Part shown: piece after piece, positions 49,135-61,900 of the stretch
Position numbering within the stretch: position 1 is the first letter of the stretch
Layout of the letters: each line of letters opens with the position of its first letter
Assembly (NCBI RefSeq): GCF_018977255.1
Contig: NW_024704742.1
Coordinates: 36,644,001 to 36,708,000, forward strand
Origin: Callorhinchus milii
Taxonomy: Eukaryota
Length of the DNA: 64,000 bases
Direction of reading: 5' to 3'
Made by a program: the position numbers and the translations under genes
Notes under the pieces: generated by a model
Seen by the model: the letters and a program-made list of their open reading frames with translations, nothing else
What the model was told of the DNA's origin: nothing
Database searches by the model: none

Positions 49135-49690
49135 AATTGCTCAGTGAACAAATGTGCCACCCGGTGTGCCATATAGCCATAGGTAACCTAAGTTTGATCC
49201 TTGGGCTCTACTCAGTACAAAAAGCAACTGAATTTTATAAGAAATCTGTGAAGTGCTTTAAGATGACCTTCTGACATTAAAGATGCTATATCAAATGTTA
49301 ATTTTGTTATTATTTATTATTATTATTATGATCTCAGCTAAGGTATTATAATTAGTCTCAGTTTTCCCATGGTCAAGGCTCAGCTCACGGTCTCTGCCCA
49401 CTGTCTTCAACTGGATGTTCATGTATCCAGACACTGGGTGAGAACAGGATTAGGCTCAAGTGCAATATCTCTCAATTAGTCTGCAGGCACTCATTGTCCA
49501 CATTTACACATCATTTGCCCTGAAAATACAGTCAATCCACTTTACAGTATATCCTCTGAAGTGCTTTGAGATGTCTCGATGACATGATAAGGCACTATAT
49601 CAAATGCAAGGATTATTATTATTATGAAGAAGAATGGCTTCACAAGACTTCTAAGGAAGTGGTAAAGGCTTGCTGCTGCCTGTGAAACTG
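49135..49690 (+). mobile_element. Ancient SINE (family D, AmnSINE2-like from memory) with two younger SINE tails nested in it
   Basis: gctcagtg...tttgatcc..., gatctcagc, gggtgagaacaggattaggctc, cactcattgtcca, gaagaatggc segments; inserts at ~49220-49329 and ~49510-49625. Confidence 0.65.
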
Positions 49691-50182
49691 TATATCAATG
49701 AATGATGCATTTTATACTGCGTGCCGTTTCTCATGTGATGAGGGAATCTTTGCAATCACAGAAATCTATGCATTACATGTCTACCTCAAGGCTGTCCAAA
49801 TTTGCTGTTGCTTGTCTGTTATCAGATATAATGATTTTGATATCAATCAAACGTAAAAACACAAATGTTTAAAAAGCAAAATTTGGAAATCCAGGTTTGC
49901 ACTTTTTCCTTTTGATTTGTTTTTCTTTTTTTAATATTATTTTAACTTTACGTTAAATAGGTTAAGGTTTTGACTATTTGCCCATTGTTTTTCCTTCGGG
50001 CTGTATTTCAGTTTCAATCCATTTTATTTTGAAATATTTTTCCTTTTTTACTTTCTTCGCATTTTACCTTTTCAGATTCAGATTTATTTTAGACTTTCAT
50101 TCTCTGCCCCAGAAAAAAATCCCATCACAGGAGCACACAACAATGTGGGTTAATTTCCATAGTAAATTTGCCATCAAATGTA

Positions 50183-50422
50183 TGCAGATAAATTTCACTT
50201 GGGACTAAATTTATTCTATTTTCTTAGAATTTCTGAGCATCCAGAATTTGGCAAATTCTAAAATACAGTCTGAATTTTTAAACTGATTTCCTGTAAGTTA
50301 ATTTAAGAACTATGGAAGACTGGCTTCAAAATTAAGACTGAATTCAACAATATGCAAAATTCTGAATGATCTGAAATTCTATATAAATAGAGTAAAGCTA
50401 GCGTCAGGTTAAATTTCTCCCT
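50183..50422. mobile_element. ~240-bp degenerate palindrome, MITE-like
   Basis: tttattctattttcttagaatttctgagcatccagaatttggca pairs with tgcaaaattctgaatgatctgaaattctatataaatagagtaaa; pairing continues inward to a centre near 50300. Confidence 0.75.
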
Positions 50423-52326
50423 AGTAATTCTTTGCTGGAAGGAAACTGGAATCCATACAGCAAAGTGGTTGTATCATTGATCCAGGCCTCCAGTGTGGTT
50501 CCTTAGAAACACAATGTTTATATTTCCAATGTTTAAAGATACTGCCTTCATCTGAACCTTCTTTCATTTACTTGCCAAAGACACGGTGCAATGATGTGAA
50601 CAGCACTGAACCGTAGCAATGTACCATGAAAATCCAATCATGTTTCAGGCACGCAATGTCATTGTAACACAAAAGGATGTGTGACTTTTCTGTCTTGCTG
50701 GTGACAGACAATTCCCTGTAATTACTAGAGCGTGTCGTTGTAGTCCTTGATGTATTAACCAACATACCTCCCCTCAGACCTCCTCCTGAACACCTGCATT
50801 TCCATGAAGCAGGTAACATCTAGACCACGTAATATCATCCGGAGTGACAGCCGTGGATGTTATTTAAGGAAGCAAAAATGTGCCTTTGGCACTTTTTTTT
50901 AACTTCAAAGACTCCTCTGAAGTAATAATACTCATCAATTTATTGAAACGTTGAGATAGTTCAAATGAAAAATCTAATAAAATAGTGCAGGTGTTTGCAG
51001 GTGTTTTTGAATGCAATGCTAAAGGATTATTTGTGTACGTGGTTAGGTTAATAGATAGAAAAAAAGAAATGTGAAGTTTCAGATTTGTAACAGAACAGAT
51101 TTGTTTCCTAACATTGAATCTGTTGTGAAACATCACATTTCCCACACACTTGAAAGTGATTCCCTGTGAACTGCTTTGAAGTGCTTCATTGTGATAATGC
51201 ACTATAAAGATACATACTATACCTTACTTGTATCACAAAAGACACTGCACAAATTCCATAAGATAGATGTTTTGAGACATTTCATCATTTATATACTATA
51301 AAAATGTAATGTCTCACTGTTATACTGATGGGTTGAATCTTAGCTGTGTTTCTCACACTGTTTTTCTTAACTCATAGGCATATCATGCAGCAGATAGAAG
51401 AGTTGTGTTGTAAAAAAGGTCTAACACAGTGTTGATCTTTGAACTTGTGTTCACTGGGATTTAGTAAGCAACTATCAGAATTTTAAAAGGGTGTTTTGGG
51501 GTCAGAGATGAAGTTTAAAAATGCACTTAAGGATTTTTTCAGGATCCTTGTGCCCACAGAACAGAGTTTCTCACCAGCAAATCTGAGTTCCGAACATTCT
51601 TTCACTAACATGGAAGATTTTTAACTCGCTCATTCCAGTGATGTTTGTCAGCTATGATTCTTTCACATTGGTGGTAGAACTACAGACATGTTGGTGAGAG
51701 ATCCTTCCTTTTATTACACTTCTGCTTTCAAGATCTATGCTGGGTCCACCCAAAGTCAAATGAGCTAAAATGTGCTGTAGCTTGATTTTCGATAGCTCTA
51801 TTTAAATATTAAAATAAGTTTATTTCCGTTAAACCGCATTGTCAAAAGCCTCGATAAAATAGCTTAGCTAAGTGCTTGTGTGTATCGAAATCCTCACTTT
51901 TATTTACACTGGTGGATTTCTGCCACTCTGCTGATCCAAAATATTCCTGTGCATTGAATTAAAATGTTCTTTTTTTAAAGGGAGATGCAGTGCTGCAGTG
52001 GAAAGCAGGATTCTAAAAAAATAGTGCATTAGTATCACAAATCTGTAACGGATCTGTTCTGATAAATGTAATTTCTTACATGTAAGGATTTTGTTTTTTA
52101 TAAAACCAATCAGTTTTACTGAAGTAAGACTAACTGCAAAGATGATTGATAATACTGTATTATATTGGCAACATCTCTTAACAAAGAAGTTGATTCTGGG
52201 CCACATCCAACTAGCTACCTGAAAATTCGCAAGAACTTTGTTAAATGCTTACTTTTGAATCTTAATCTGGAAATTGGTTTTGCATAGTTTTATTTCAAAG
52301 GAATTGGAGAAAACCGGCTTCCAGAT

Positions 52327-52795
52327 AACAACAACAACAACAAGAATTACACTTGTATAGCACCTTTCATGTCGGGAGGACGTCCCAAGGTGCTGGACAG
52401 TGTACAGCATTTCAGACCCGAGCTGGGGTCAGGGGGGAGAAGGGGGGGGGGGGAGGGGAAGGGGGGTGACCGATGGCATGGTCGAAGAGGAGGGTTTTGA
52501 GGTGGGACTTGAAGGAGGCTAAGGAAGGGGCGAGACGGAATGATTGGGGGATGGTGTTCCAGAGGTTGGGGGCAGAGTGGCTGAAGGCTCTCCCACCAAT
52601 GGTGGGTCGGGTGGGTCGGGGGACATGGAGCAGGCCAGAGCCGGCTGAGCGGAGGGAACGGACAGATTGGTAGGGGGTTAGGAGTTCACAGAGGTAGGGT
52701 GGGGTGAGGCCATGGAGGGCTTTGTAGGTAAGGACCAGGATCTTGAACCGGAGGGATAGGGAGCCAATGGAGTTGGGCAAGAATGGGGATGATAA
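52327..52795 (-). mobile_element. L2 LINE 3' part
   Basis: RFKILVLTYKALHGLTPPYL...TIGGRAFSHSAPNLWNTIP; (CAA)n tail; G-run 3' UTR. Confidence 0.95.
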
Positions 52796-53047
52796 AGGTT
52801 GAATTCAAGCATTTTCCAAAATTCTGTAAACTGTCTCAAATTTTAAGCAAATGATCTTAAGGTTAAAGCCCTGAGAAATGTTGAGCCTTTGAAGTGTTAA
52901 TGCTTAGTTAACACATTCTATAAATGGTATTCCTGGCAAAAGCACAAGTTAGCAAGTTTTACCGGAAAGCCTCATTCTTCCACATTGCAACAACAATAGT
53001 TTCTTCATTTCAATTGTATTTCTTTACCCCCATTGCATTATTTAATT

Positions 53048-53203
53048 AATCCTGCTGTAAAATATGTGTGTGGATGTTGGGCAAGAACAGCGTCAGGTGA
53101 GGTGTTCTGCACAGCTGAATACCCGGCCAACACTCACTCACTTGGTTCACACATGGCATATGGCACTTGGTAAAGCAGTGGAGGGTTACTGCCACCCTGG
53201 AAC
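53048..53203 (+). mobile_element. Family D ancient SINE, 3' part
   Basis: gtgtggatgttggg..aacag, aacactcact...ttcacacatg, cacttggtaaagcagtggaggg; matches 58200-58330. Confidence 0.6.
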
Positions 53204-53214
53204 AATAACAATAT

Positions 53215-53529
53215 AAATAATAATAATCCTTGTATTTGATGCAGTGCTTTTCACGTCTTCTAGACATCTCAAAGTGCTTAACAGAATATACTGTAAAGTG
53301 AATTAACTGTATATTTGTGGGCAAATCATGGCAACTAATTCTGCACAGCAGTTCCCACAAACAGTCATGGATTGAAGTGACCAATTTATTATTGTTTTTT
53401 TTTTTTTCTTGAGGGATTGTTATCAGGCGTGTGGAGTAACGAAACTTGCCTAAGGGTTCGCCCTGCCGGGAATCGAATCCAGGTCTCTTGCTTGCAAAGC
53501 GAGTGGTCTACTGAGCTACAGGACTCCAC
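53215..53529 (-). mobile_element. SINE family A short variant
   Basis: Full head-body-tail, reverse complement. Confidence 0.95.
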
Positions 53530-55059
53530 AAATCTTAAGGTAATAGAGTGGATAGAAAGATGGCTGAGAGGACAGAGTTCAGAGAGTGACAATCAATGAG
53601 TGCTTCTGATTGGCAGGTTTAAGGACTTATAAACCAGGGTATTGAATATAAAACTAGAGAGTTTTATGTTTGATTTGTTTAGGACATGAGTTGTATGGAG
53701 CACAGACCTACTCCATGATAATGTGGTGGTTTGAGTCCAAAAGTCCAGGAAGGAGTGATGGTAACAGGTGTGGGAGAGGAAACCTAAGTTTGAAGTACCT
53801 TTCAGTCACACGGACATTCATAAGTGGTTTGTTGGACAGCCCAACCATTTTCATAACACATTGAATGACTCACTCCACTGTTTCCTGTCTGTACATGTCT
53901 ATACTAGACACAGATTCGCAACAGTGGCCTGTCAATAGCCAGACAACACATCCACAGCAATCACAGTTGGTGTAATAGTAAATACCAATGGAAAGTTATT
54001 TGCATAAGAATTCATGTTTTCCTTGCTTATCATTGCTCTTCATACCACGCCACCTACATGCTTTTTCGTTTGACTGGTATGATGGACTACAATCTTCGGG
54101 GCATAATAAACATTCATTGTTAACTCAGAAGCCTCTATTCATTATCGATGTGTCGCCCAAGTAGCAATAAAAGATCTGAACACATTACTGCTTAATTTTA
54201 TCTGTTACATTTCCATTCTAGCAATAATCATACGGTTAGTTTAAGACACAGTTTACAACTTTGTTACTGGCTGCCATACCTTCCCCAGTGGACAGTTTGG
54301 TCTTTCTTGTGCTATTACTTTTAAGACTAGCATTCAGCGATTCAGAATGCAGTCTAAAGGGCACTACACATAGTGCATCAGCATACAAATCGGTGTGATA
54401 TTGACAGCTGAGAGGTTCATGCCACCTGTCAGTGAGCAATACACAGCTCAGCATGACAAGTCTGTAATCTCAGTGGCTGAGCAGATCTCAACGAGAGACG
54501 ATCACCAGAGACTGGAATGACATCTGAAGCCTATTTGATGATGGAGAAAGCTATTGTGTATTTGTGGTTTGATGAAGTATAAGATAATAAGTACCACTCA
54601 TTACCTTACACTGCATCAAAACAGCAGTGGTCTTGTGCAGCATATCTGTGGAGCACAGTTGGCAGCCAGGCCCTCGGGAGAAGAAAGAACTTCAGTAAAG
54701 TGTGATCTGTTTTTGTGAAATGTTGGCCAGATTAGCCAGATTGTTTTCTGCTGTATTATAATAAAAAGGCAACATGTGGTCAATGTGCCTGCTTAATTAA
54801 TGTTAACTGTGTAAAAAGCATCTCTCTACTTAAAAAAGTGATTTTTCTTCAGTTCCAGGAATAGACAAATATAATTGTTTTAGCTGAAACCTATAATTCT
54901 ACTGTATTTGGCTGGATTCTCCTCCTTGCACATTGCTTTGCAAATTGGAATTAAATTCCCCAGTTGTGTAACCTTATTTTTGTTTATTACTGTGGTAATA
55001 TTGTTGTCAGTATTAAGCCTTTGATTAAACACATGTTGCAATATTGCAGATTCATTAAA

Positions 55060-55690
55060 TTTACCACCCAGAATCTTTGAGTCTGGTGGTGTTGTTAGGT
55101 TAGATCTTGTCTGACTGACCTAACAGACTTTCTTAAGGAGGTGGCAAACCCAGATTGACTGTGGGAAACCATATGAAATATTGTAGCTAGACTTCGAAAG
55201 GCGCTTGATAAAGTACCATATAAAAGATTCCTTCATAGACTGTGGTCACTGGGTATCAAGGACAAAATGTGGACATGGATTCAGAATTGGCTGAAGAGAG
55301 TGGAAGCACACAGTTGTTGTTAGGGGAATTAGGTCAAAATGGGAAGAGATATTAAGCAGGGATCTGTACTGCATTGACAACCCTCCTGTTCCTTGTATAC
55401 ATCAATGACCTGGATTCACAAACATGGTGTAAGGTAGTTTTATTTGTAGGTGACACCAAGTTGGGGGAAACTTTGGAATCAGAGGAGGCAGCAAAGGACT
55501 TACAAATAATGTTTGAGTAGAATTTTTACATATGCTGATAGCTGGTAAATGAAGTTCAGTACAGATAAACGCAAGTTAATACATAAACAGGAAGTAAAAA
55601 TCGGAAATATGTGTACTCCATGGATGAGATAAAACTTGCCAAAGGGGAAGCTGAAAGAGATCTAGGAGTGTGGGTGACTCATTGCTCACC
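55060..55690 (+). mobile_element. CR1 RT fragment, degenerate
   Basis: LDFRKALDKVP-like (ctagacttcgaaaggcgcttgataaagtacca), WIQNWL, LFLVYINDL, FVGDTKLG, ERDLGV motifs. Confidence 0.88.
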
Positions 55691-55734
55691 ATGAATCTCT
55701 CGAACTTGCTGACAATGTTCTTCACTGGTAGCTA

Positions 55735-55900
55735 CTATTTTCATGAACTGTGACCTTTACACCAGAGTTCAGATCATTTATATCAATGGAGAAAAGCAGT
55801 GATCCCAACACAAAACTCTGGGGGACACCCACTATTTACATCTGTCCATTCTGAATAAAGACCAATTGCCTGCACTCTCTGTTTCCTATCAGTTAATCAA
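55735..55900 (-). mobile_element. CR1 RT fragment, opposite orientation
   Basis: Minus strand: LTDRKQRV...SEWTDVNSG..PQSFVLGSLLFSIDINDL. Confidence 0.8.
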
Positions 55901-56567
55901 CTTTGATAAGGTCCAGCAATGCAGCATCGTATCAAAAGAAACTATACATACACCACATTCACTCATTACCTTTGTTAATTATCTTCGTTACTTCATCAAA
56001 TAACGCCATTAAATTGGCTCTAACCAATTTATGCTACATGTTTTTAATCAATCCAGTGATTATCTGTCAGCGATTATTAATATTATCCTGCACTATTAAT
56101 TATTAATATTATCTTCTAAATGTCTACCCACCAAGGAAGATGGCCGGAATCTGAGACTAACTGATATTTTTGTAGATTTTAAAAAGAAGTCCAGTTCTAT
56201 AATATCTCTTTGTGTAACCCAAGGCCCTGTTTCCCAGCTTGTCTTTGCTTTTTTATTTTTACTCTGGCAACATTAAGAAGATACATGTTTTACTTCAGTG
56301 TCTTGATTTAGGACAACAATAAACCAGTCAGGACTTGAGCCAATGAGAGAAAATAATTCCTGGGCAGTCAGAATCTTTGCACTGTTGCCAAACTTGTGGA
56401 CGATGTATTTCCCCACATCAATCTTGATCAGCTGTCAAAATCTTCTGACTTCAAATCAGGCCTTGTCTTGTCAGAAAAATGAAAACTACTGCGTTCATTT
56501 GTATCACTCATTCATTTAGCAGTGTTTGTGTTAGTGAATCATCTATTTCATAGTTAAAATCATTGAA

Positions 56568-56663
56568 AAGTGGAGTAAGGAAACATTTTGCCTTTTAATG
56601 AATTGAACCCAAGTCCTCCCACTTGCGAGGCGAGTGCTCTCACTGTACGATACAGGACTCCAC
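56568..56663 (-). mobile_element. SINE family A head only
   Basis: gtggagtaaggaaac...gcgagtgctct...acaggactccac. Confidence 0.85.
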
Positions 56664-57164
56664 AAACTACACCATTCGGAGAACAAGACAGTTCCGTGCC
56701 AGCTGCCTTCTGCACATCAACCAGCAAGTGCCGCTCTGAATCCAACCAGCAGGAGGAACTGTTCAGGGACTCCCTAGCCAGATGACCCCTCGCCCCCCCA
56801 CTTCCCTCATTAATTTCTCACACAGTAATAGGTCCAAAATACATTCAATGTTTTAGTTCTGTCAGATGGCAGCTTGATTTTGTTTCTGTGTGAGTTTGAG
56901 TGAAAATACACACCTGCGTGCTGAAATTCTAAGTTGTACCCCTTTAATAACATTAATTTTATGCAAAGTTTAATGGTATGTGTGTTCAGCGACTTGCGAC
57001 TATTTTCAGGGTCTGATTACATTATCATTTCCATGTGAATTAATGGTACTCATTGCATAGGCTATAGGCCATATGTGACCCTCCTCTCCATTCACTTGCT
57101 CCATGTTTCCGTGACCCTCTGTTATTGGCCTGCATGTCACTCGGATATTGAATAAGCTATGATT

Positions 57165-57357
57165 ATAATAATAATAATCCTTACATTTGATATAGTATCT
57201 TATCATGTCTTCGAGACATCTCAAAGCGCTTCACAGAATAAGCTGTAAAGTGAATTGACTGTATTTGTTGATGAATCGTGGCAGCCATTTGCACACAGCA
57301 GTGTCCCACAAACAGTCGTGGATTAAGTGACCAAATTGTTGTTATTATTGTTATTAT
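57165..57357 (-). mobile_element. SINE family A 3' half
   Basis: (ATT)n tail and body up to the central AT-rich linker. Confidence 0.9.
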
Positions 57358-57764
57358 AATTCTTTGCTTTCTCTCAAGTTCTTGCTTTCCAGAAAAAAGT
57401 CAACGTTTTTTAAATGCTATTAGGAGTCAGAGAAATCCCAATTTCCATAAAACATGCATAGGGGGCATGTTAGAAATAGAATAAATACTTATATGTTTTC
57501 TTACTGTAGGTATGTTTTCGGGCCCTCTTTTTTTGATTAGCCTCAGTGGCATAATTGAAATCAGGAGCTCATTTCAGATAAATGTTTTTTTTCAATGTTT
57601 AGGCTTGGTTTGCTGTTTAGTTGACACACGTGGGAACTGTCACTGCGGAGAGTTTGACTTGTGCACGTCAATTTATATTTGTCTGGAATGAAGTGGATAT
57701 TCTCTCCCCCCAGGGACCCACTCTTCTTACCTTATTCAGTACAGATTGGCAAGAGCTAACACAT

Positions 57765-57910
57765 GAGGTTTATTACTCCCGGAAAGTGATCCACCGATTG
57801 ACTATTAAGCGGGTTCTTACTTACTGCTAGATAGTAGAGGCAAATGGAGTAAGGAAACTTGCCTAAGGTTTCACCCTGCATGGGCATCGAACCTGGGTCG
57901 TCTCGCTTGC
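57765..57910 (-). mobile_element. SINE family A long variant 5' half
   Basis: ttattactcccggaaagtgatcc...cttactgctag...ggagtaaggaaacttgcc...cgaacctgggtc. Confidence 0.88.
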
Positions 57911-58059
57911 TTTGTTACATTCCCAAAACCTGAATTTCTTCATGTTGAATTATTTACAGTACACTCATCCAGACAAATGTCAATGCTCCTAAATTGCAAC
58001 AATTTGATTCTTCAGGTTAATTTTCTGAATCAAAGTTCTGGGAGTGATACAAATATCAC

Positions 58060-58330
58060 AGGGTCATACAGATCAGTTCCTGGTCTGAACTGTCTTAACT
58101 GATATCAAGAGAAACAACAGCTAGGGTGCTACAGTTGGCTTAATGGCCCTGTGTTAGAGAGAGGAAAATTGATCAAGATTCCTGTGTTGAAAGTTGAATG
58201 TTGGATGAGGGCAGGAATGGGTTTGATTGACTCTGTGCTCCTCCAAGGACAAATGGCTGAGCAAAACTCATGGTCTATGCTCACACGTGATGAATGACCA
58301 CTTGGGCAAAGCAGTGTAGGTTGGTTTGCA
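58060..58330 (+). mobile_element. Family D ancient SINE
   Basis: catacaga..cctggtctg, agggtgctacagttggc, ggatgagggcagga, gctcacacgtgatgaatgaccacttgggc. Confidence 0.65.
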
Positions 58331-58794
58331 GGCAGACTCCATCAACAATCAGCACTTGGAGGAAAGGAGAAAAATAACCATCAATAAATAAACTAATGGA
58401 AATGACAATGATTCCTGAACGATGAGCCATATGCAAGGCAAGCATCATGGGCACGCGTGAGAGGTTAGACATCATAAATAGCAGCCCTCAGGGTTTCCTA
58501 AGAAGACTGATCATTAAATAAATCCTAGCAGAGACACACAGAGGACTGAGTCATAATTCAATTTAAAAGAAATAGCTCTGAGAGTATCTACCCTGTTTTC
58601 AAAATAGCACCTGTCATGGGTTGTTTTGTAAAGGAAGCAGTCAACCACTGCTTGAGATTTGACCTAATCTCTGATTAGATGATTAACATCAGCTACTTTT
58701 TAAATTACAGAGTTGCCATGGGATTTGCACACACTGGGTTTATCGTTTGTTTCCTGTTTGTCAATAAATTCCAGCTGAATTGGTCATTCACTCC

Positions 58795-58900
58795 ATTGTT
58801 GTGCACATACACAGTCACTCCACTTCACAGTAAATCCTGTGAAGAGCTTTGGGATGTCCTATTGACATGAAAGACAAGATACCAAATGCAAGGATTATTA
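58795..58900 (+). mobile_element. SINE 3' tail
   Basis: acagtcactccacttcacagt...caaatgcaaggattatta. Confidence 0.8.
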
Positions 58901-59504
58901 CACGCGCTGCAGGATCTTTCCACCACTTTCTCCAGCACATTTCCCAATGTCATAGTCCTTCAATGCATTATCACCTTTGCTAAATAACTACCGAATACCT
59001 CAATGTTTGTGTGCATGCATATATGTGGGTGTGTATGGGTGGGGGGGTTGTTACATTGCCATACAGCTGGACATTCTTATATAGCTAGCAGCTTTCACTA
59101 TTGCAGCTGTTTTCCATAAAGTACCTCAAGCTTTGTAACCAGGGAAAACACTATTTACGAATGGGAAACGTTGCCTCATTAAGCATAGGACTGTTGCTAA
59201 AGGTTTCATTGTTCCCATTTGAATATTATTTAGAGGTTCAAGAAGCTTAGGCAGCAAATGAGATCCCACATGTAACATAAGGCATCCTTCCAAACCACAA
59301 TTACAAATTCAGCAAAATGTATCCCTTCTGTTGGCCACCTAGAAATTGGCCTAGTAACATGGCTCATTTAGCTTCACTGAAAGACTGGAGATTGGTATGT
59401 AACATTGTACGAAAATAATACAATTTGTGATCAATGTTGTGTGGAGTGGGAAGCATTAATTAGGTTCCTGCTGCCCATTATTCTACTGCTGTAAGCAAAC
59501 AAAA

Positions 59505-60055
59505 ATAATTTTGCATTTATATAAAGCCTTTCACATCTCAGAAGGATGCCTCAAAGTGTTTCACAGAGCTGGCTTGGAGCTTGAGCAGAGGATGTGTGTG
59601 TGTGTGTGTGTGTGGGGAGGTGGGGGGAACATGCCCGAAAGCATAGTTGAAAAGAAAGGTCTTAAAGCTGGCTTTAAAGGTCGAGAAGCGATAGGTGGAG
59701 AGACTTTCTAGACTTAGAGGATGAGGGCAGAATGGCTGAAAGTTTATGCACTGATAATGGGATAGATTGAGCTGGGGACTTGAAGCGGGATGGTATTTCG
59801 TGAGTGGAAGCAATAGCCAGGTCAGGAAGTGGTGCAAAGGGACTGAAGCTATGGAGGAATTTGAACTTAAGGTCTTTAGCTCAATCTGCCGGGGAATGGG
59901 GAGGCAATGGAACTCACAATGGAGTGAGGATAGGTTCACAGAGCTTAGTGTGGGAGAGGACACAAACTGCAGAGTTTCGGACAGTCTGCAGCTTGTGGGT
60001 AATCCGATGAGCAGAGCATTCAAATAGTCGAGCCTGGACATGATCAAGATATGAA
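59505..60055 (-). mobile_element. Older L2 3' part with (GT)n in the 3' UTR
   Basis: SRLDYLNALLIGLP...FHCLPIPRQIELK...FKASFKTFLF. Confidence 0.88.
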
Positions 60056-60147
60056 TGAAGCAAAATCACTTCACTTAAACAATATCATTGTACAGATCCA
60101 GTGACCCATTTCCAATTGTTGGAGTGGGACATTTAAATTATTTCATG

Positions 60148-61071
60148 CAACTTGCACTTATATAGCGCCTTCCTCGCAGGGGAGCGTCTCAGAGTGCTTA
60201 ACAATGGTGGAGCCTGACTCCGAGCCAGGGGGAAGTGGCTGTAAGCACGGTCGAAGAGGAAAGTTTTCAGGCGGGACTTGAAAGAGGGAAAAGAGGGGGC
60301 AACATGAAAGGATTGAGGGAGAGTGTTCCAGAGTTTTGGGGAGTGGTGGCTGAAAGCACGACCTCCGATGGTGGGGCGGAGGGTGTGAGGGACGAGCAGG
60401 AGGCCAGTGCCAGTCGAGCGGAGGTCCCGGGTGATGGATTGGGGAGTGGGGAGGTCGGAGAGGTAGGGAGGTGCCGAGAGTGAATGGATTTGAACATGAG
60501 TGTGAGGATCTTGAGGTCGATCGGTTCGGTGATGAGGAGCCAGTGGAGCCTGGCCAGAACTGGTGAGATGTAAGTATGGAGTTTGGTCCAGGTCAGTATG
60601 TGAGGATGAGAGTTCTGAATGAGCTGCATCTTGTGAATTGTGGAGCTGGGGAAACCGGTGAGGAGTGCGTTGGAGTAATACAAGCACGAGGTGACAAACG
60701 CACACATGAGGGTTTCGGCTGCACTGGGGTAAGCTACGGTCGAAGGCGGGCAATGTGGTGGCAGTGGAAGAAAGCAGTGCTGGTCAGGGACCGGATGTGG
60801 GGTAGAAAGGACAGCCTAAGTTGCACGCTGGTTCGGTGAGTCTGAGGGAGAGCCCAGGGACGTTGAGGATTTCAGATCCGCAGGAGTGAAGATGTTGATG
60901 TGAGCCAAGGAGTAAGACTTCCGTCTTGTCCATATTCAGCTGCAGAAAGTTTACACTCATCCAGGCTTTGATGTCTGCCAGACAGGCTGATGGAACATTG
61001 GTGGACCTAGAGTTGGTACTGAAGGAGGCAAAGTAGATTTATGTGTCATCCGCGTACATGTGGAAATTTAC
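60148..61071 (-). mobile_element. L2 LINE 3' part, same subfamily as 24560-27093
   Basis: FHMYADDT (intact YADD) at the 5' truncation, LQLNMDKTE, LHWLL, GGRAFSH..PKLWNTLP, tail. Confidence 0.96.
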
Positions 61072-61645
61072 AGACGCTTGAGGAGGGCGTGGAGGGAGAG
61101 ATTTACTACCATTCAACCTCCCATTGAATGGTAGTAAATTATGAAGGAGTGGATCCACATTACTGCATGCGCTTTGAATTATAGAATTTGTTGTACTTTA
61201 AGTTATGCTTCATTTTTGATTTCTTCATCTTATAATCATGAGTTATGAATCTTGTTTTGCTATCTTGGCTTTTAAATAAAATACTACATTGCACACACAG
61301 CATTTTGTTCCTTCTGATTACACTAATGATATGGTTACATAACAAAATGAATATTTCAAAACTCAACCATCCCACAATCTCTGGGTAATTATTTTACCTG
61401 TAACATTTAATTAAGCCTAAATTGGAGCTCCAGTACAATAATGGGGGATTATCATAAGTCTTGTCCTTTGGAAGAGACATCAAACCAAGGTTCCAAGGTG
61501 ACATGTTTGGCAACGGAATAGATCCCACCCTCTCGGCCAGTTTCGGTAGTACTCCAGGTCAGTAACCCTCTGGCTCGCCTGGAGTACTGCCATCCACCCC
61601 CCGAACCCATTTTTATAACCAATCGGTGTAAAAGATTTGTTCAGA

Positions 61646-61900
61646 CAACAACAAATTGCATTTATATAGCGCCTTTCATATCGGGAGGACGTCCCAAAAC
61701 ATTGGATAGTTGAGAGTTTGTACCTGAGTCCAGGATTGGTTTGGGCCAATCTAAAGGGAGTGGCAATGGATGGGAAGATGACCGAAGACAATCGAAGAGG
61801 AAGGTTTTGAGAAGGAGGGAAAGGGTCAGGCAAAGGGACTGTGGGGCGAGCAGGGCAGGGGACATGAAGCAGGCCAGTACCTGCCAAGTGGAGGGAGACA
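61646..61900 (-). mobile_element. L2 3' end, deleted
   Basis: (CAA)n tail, tatagcgcctttcatatcgggaggacgtccc; LKTFLFD. Confidence 0.85.

Noticed and set aside
50568..50830. Exon candidates on either strand
   Set aside because: Donor-like sites exist but acceptors are poor or frames are closed; no recognisable peptide
54109..54125. miR-181-like sequence (aacattcattgtt)
   Set aside because: Match stops after ~13 nt and there is no precursor hairpin; other miRNA seed look-alikes failed likewise
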